Source: an uncultured Acidimicrobiaceae bacterium (lineage in GTDB: Bacteria > Actinomycetota > Acidimicrobiia > Spongiisociales > ZC4RG35). Taken from it: a stretch of DNA of 35,615 nucleotides. The notes beneath the pieces were generated by a model, which was not told the DNA's origin, did not search any database, and saw nothing but the letters and a program-made list of their open reading frames with translations. Position 1 is the stretch's first letter; each line of letters opens with the position of its first letter. This document shows, piece by piece, positions 33,127 to 35,615 of the stretch. The position numbers and the translations under genes are program-made. The stretch lies in NCBI GenBank assembly GCA_964501055.1, contig CAZCRP010000002.1, positions 1 to 35,615 of the forward strand, given 5' to 3'.

Positions 33127-33893
33127 GGATCGAACGGGTGTTGGCGCCGAACCCCGGGCCGTACACCGGTCCGGGCACCAACACCTGGGTGGTGGGAGAC
33201 GACGTCGAGGCGGTGGTCATCGACCCCGGCCCGGCGGACTCGTCACATGCAGACGCCATCGTGTCCACGCTCGGGGCCCGGCGGGTGACGGCGGTGATCG
33301 TGACCCACACCCATCCGGACCACGCGCCACTCGCCAACCCGCTCGCGCGGCAGGTGGAGTCGCCGGCACTGGGCCACGCTCCAGGGCCGGACTTCGATCC
33401 CGATGAGCGGTTGGTCGAAGGTTCCGTCGTGCGGTTCGCCGGCTCGTCGCTCGAGGTGCTGCACACTCCGGGTCATGCCGACGACCACCTCTGTTTCCGG
33501 GTCGGCACGGTGCTCTTCACGGGGGACCACATCATGGGAGGGTCGTCGGTGATGGTCGACGACCTCGTCCCGTACCTGCGGTCCCTGGAGCGTATGCGCA
33601 ACCAGACCTTTTCGCGCCTGTATCCCGGTCACGGACCGGAGATCGAGAACCCGGCGGAGGTCATCGACTGGTACATCGCACATCGTCTCCAGCGCGAGCG
33701 GGAGATCGTCGACGCCATCCGGGCGGGCGCCGGCACCGTCGGAGCGGTAGTGGAGACGGTCTACGCCGCCGTCCCGACGGATCTCTATCCGCTCGCCACG
33801 CGGAATGTGGTCGCGCATCTCCGCAAGCTGGCGGAGGAAGGCGTCGTGGAGGTCGGTGGCAGCGAATGGTCGGCGGCGGTCGCCGCCACGTGA
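33123..33893 (+). CDS. MBL-fold metallo-hydrolase
   Basis: HxHxDH motif THTHPDHAP, with a later TPGHADDH. GTGA overlap with the NUDIX gene. Confidence 0.85.
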   Translation: MRIERVLAPNPGPYTGPGTNTWVVGDDVEAVVIDPGPADSSHADAIVSTLGARRVTAVIVTHTHPDHAPLANPLARQVESPALGHAPGPDFDPDERLVEGSVVRFAGSSLEVLHTPGHADDHLCFRVGTVLFTGDHIMGGSSVMVDDLVPYLRSLERMRNQTFSRLYPGHGPEIENPAEVIDWYIAHRLQREREIVDAIRAGAGTVGAVVETVYAAVPTDLYPLATRNVVAHLRKLAEEGVVEVGGSEWSAAVAAT

Positions 33894-33944
33894 TCGGTGT
33901 GGCCCTCCCGCCCACGCTCCGTACACTCTCGAGAACGCGAAAAG

Positions 33945-35159
33945 ATGGGGGATAGCCACTTGCAGCGTCTTCCGCACCCCGGGACCCTGCGCCGTCGCGC
34001 CGTCGCCGTCGCCACGGTTCTCGCCCTGGCATCAGGCCTCGGTGCGGTTGCCGCCGCGGACACCGCCGAGGAGATCGCGCATGCCGAGGCCGAGCTGGCC
34101 GACCTGCAGGCACGGGCCGAGGCATTGGCGGTGAGGATCGAGGCGGGCTGGGAGCGCCAAGTGGCGCTGGAAGAGCAGGTGGCCGCGTTGACCGGTTCCC
34201 AGGCGCTGGTAGAGGCGGAGTTTGCCTCCGCCCTCGCCGATCTCGAGGACACTGCAGTCCGGCTCTACATGGATGTGGCGGTGGGGGAAGGGTTCTCGGC
34301 GGTGCTGTCGGCGGATGACGCGATCTACGCCACCGCCGTGCAGTACCTGTCCCGCGTGGTCGCCGACTCCGACGCCGCCCTCAACCGGCTGCGGACGGTG
34401 GCGACTGAGCTCGACCGGAGGCGGGTGGAGCTGGCGGCTGCGCTGGCCGACCAGGCCGAGACCGATGCCTCGCTCGCAGAACTCGCCTTCGAGGTGACGG
34501 CCGCGCTCGATGCTCAGGCTCTCCACCTGCAGGCTCTCGAGGAGATCCGCGCCAGGGAGATCTTCCTCGCCACCTCGACCACGACCACCACCGTGCCGAC
34601 GACGACCACCACGACACCGCCGACCACGACGACAGGCGTGGCAACCACCACGACCGAAGCATCCACGACGACGAGCTCCACGACCACCACCACCGAGGCG
34701 ACCACCACCACCGAGCCGGCTACGACCACGACCACGCTCGCCCCCGTGGCGTCGGCCGGCGGAGCGTGTCCGGTGGCGGGGCCCGTCACCTTCGTCGATT
34801 CGTGGGGAGCGCCCCGCTCCGGTGGCCGGGCGCACCAGGGGGTCGACATGATCGCCTCCCGCGGCACACCCATCGCCGCCATCTACAGCGGCACCGTCAC
34901 CCAAGCGTCCAACAGCGCGCTCGGCGGCATCTCGCTGTGGCTGCGCAGCCACGCAGGCGATGTCTACTACTACGCCCACCTCGACGGATACGCCGAGGGC
35001 ATCGGCGCAGGTGTGAGCGTCGGCGAGGGCCAGATCGTCGGATACAACGGATCCACCGGCAACGCCCCCGACTATCTCCCGCACCTCCACTTCGAGTTCC
35101 ACCCGGGTGGGGCCGGAGCGGCCAACCCGTATCCATTGGTCAAGTCGATCTGCGGCTGA
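33945..35159 (+). CDS. M23/LytM-family peptidoglycan metalloendopeptidase with coiled-coil N-domain and Thr-rich linker
   Basis: Signal-like AVAVATVLALASGLGAVAA is followed by a coiled-coil region and a Thr-rich linker. The catalytic motifs are HQGVDM and HLHFEFH. I prefer ATG 33945 over the maximal start at 33897. Confidence 0.85.
   Translation: MGDSHLQRLPHPGTLRRRAVAVATVLALASGLGAVAAADTAEEIAHAEAELADLQARAEALAVRIEAGWERQVALEEQVAALTGSQALVEAEFASALADLEDTAVRLYMDVAVGEGFSAVLSADDAIYATAVQYLSRVVADSDAALNRLRTVATELDRRRVELAAALADQAETDASLAELAFEVTAALDAQALHLQALEEIRAREIFLATSTTTTTVPTTTTTTPPTTTTGVATTTTEASTTTSSTTTTTEATTTTEPATTTTTLAPVASAGGACPVAGPVTFVDSWGAPRSGGRAHQGVDMIASRGTPIAAIYSGTVTQASNSALGGISLWLRSHAGDVYYYAHLDGYAEGIGAGVSVGEGQIVGYNGSTGNAPDYLPHLHFEFHPGGAGAANPYPLVKSICG
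34569..34741 (+). repeat. Low-complexity ACC/ACG-rich coding tract (Thr-rich linker of the M23 peptidase)
   Basis: Encodes TSTTTTTVPTTTTTTPPTTTTGVATTTTEASTTTSSTTTTTEATTTTEPATTTTTL. Confidence 0.7.
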
Positions 35160-35175
35160 GCGACGTGCCGCAACG

Positions 35176-35216
35176 AGAGAGAGGGCCTGAAGGGGGTATC
35201 AGGCCCTCTCTTTGTT
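35176..35216 (+). terminator. Intrinsic terminator candidate after the M23 peptidase gene
   Basis: AGAGAGAGGGCCTGA-AGGGGGTA-TCAGGCCCTCTCT followed by TTGTT. Confidence 0.55.
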
Positions 35217-35438
35217 CGGCTCGCAGCAGCGGGGGAATGCCACCGCGAGACGCTCGTTCCAAGCCGGTGAGTTGCCCACTCTCCGGTCGCTAGGCACGTT
35301 CCCTCCCATCATCGGCCCCTCGACCTCACAACCGAACGGTGGTTCCGAACCCACCCGACTTGACTAGTCACAGGGATCCACCCAACGATTTCCCCCGAGG
35401 CGAGCGTCAGCGAGCTCGTCGGTCCACCGGGGGCGCGC

Positions 35439-35615
35439 TCACGCGGGCTGGGGTTCGTTGGCCTCCAGCATCTCGACCAGCTTGGCGATGCGGCCGGTGC
35501 AGGTCTCGAGGGCGGCGGGCGGGACGAGCTCCACCAGCCGGGCCGCCGCGGCGTGGAAGGCCGTCGCGGCGGGGTTGTCCGGCGCGTGGACCGCCACGGG
35601 CTTGCCGTCGTCTCC
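35439..35615 (-). CDS. C-terminal fragment of an Mrp/ApbC-like Fe-S cluster carrier ATPase (cut by window edge)
   Basis: The minus strand reads GDDGKPVAVHAPDNPAATAFHAAAARLVELVPPAALETCTGRIAKLVEMLEANEPQPA then stop. The GxxGxPVxxxxPDSPAA-type tail is typical of actinobacterial Mrp. The call rests on 58 aa only. Confidence 0.5.
   Translation of the reverse strand, partial: GDDGKPVAVHAPDNPAATAFHAAAARLVELVPPAALETCTGRIAKLVEMLEANEPQPA

Noticed and set aside
33769-33778. A 10-nt match (CCGTCCCGAC) to the 3' end of tRNA-Pro (57..66), considered as a possible attR marking a tRNA-integrated island.
   Set aside because: It is only 10 nt, lies inside the conserved MBL hydrolase coding sequence, and no integrase is present in the window. 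This is consistent with chance in GC-rich DNA.
1-35615. Checked the whole window for CRISPR arrays, IS elements or transposases, integrases, rRNA, and long direct or inverted repeats.
   Set aside because: None were seen. The only repeats are the 17-nt operator pair, short terminator hairpins and low-complexity Thr-codon tracts.

Overview
High-GC (about two-thirds G+C by eye) actinobacterial-type chromosomal segment. Supporting signs are a WhiB regulator, two SARP/BTAD regulators, frequent GTG/TTG starts and ATGA/GTGA-coupled operons. I see no transposase, integrase, CRISPR array or rRNA.

Gene order:
- 5'-truncated tRNA-Pro(CGG), then an MNT/HEPN (MntA/HepT) toxin-antitoxin pair whose antitoxin frame is broken twice.
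- A SARP-NB-ARC-TPR regulator, divergent from an SDR gene plus a His/Glu-motif membrane protein.
- An adenosine-deaminase remnant.
- A catabolic cluster: SDR + MaoC hydratase + MarR, an amidohydrolase, an acyl-CoA ligase and a five-gene Liv-type ABC importer.
- A SARP-STAND ATPase fused to a BMP/PnrA-like binding domain.
- An ABC-2 exporter with a DesK-like kinase and a NarL-type response regulator.
- A YjbR/MmcQ-like protein, a frameshifted NAD(P) oxidoreductase, and a SAM methyltransferase with a small downstream ORF.
- A CNNM/CorC transporter, a stand-alone receiver, NfeD and WhiB.
- selB-selA, FxsA, a NUDIX hydrolase, an MBL hydrolase, an M23 peptidase and the 3' end of an Mrp/ApbC-like gene.

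Most notable observations:
- An exact 17-nt imperfect palindrome sits in both divergent promoter regions flanking the MarR gene. It is a candidate operator defining a regulon.
- The SARP-STAND-BMP fusion looks like a cytosolic ligand-sensing STAND regulator.
- That gene has an in-frame TGA followed by a coding-like open extension, in a window that also encodes SelA/SelB.
- Several broken genes (mntA, add, oxidoreductase, a DUF433/DUF5615 remnant) need read-level checking.

I found no clearly novel multi-gene system. All functional assignments rest on motif recognition by eye, not on database searches.
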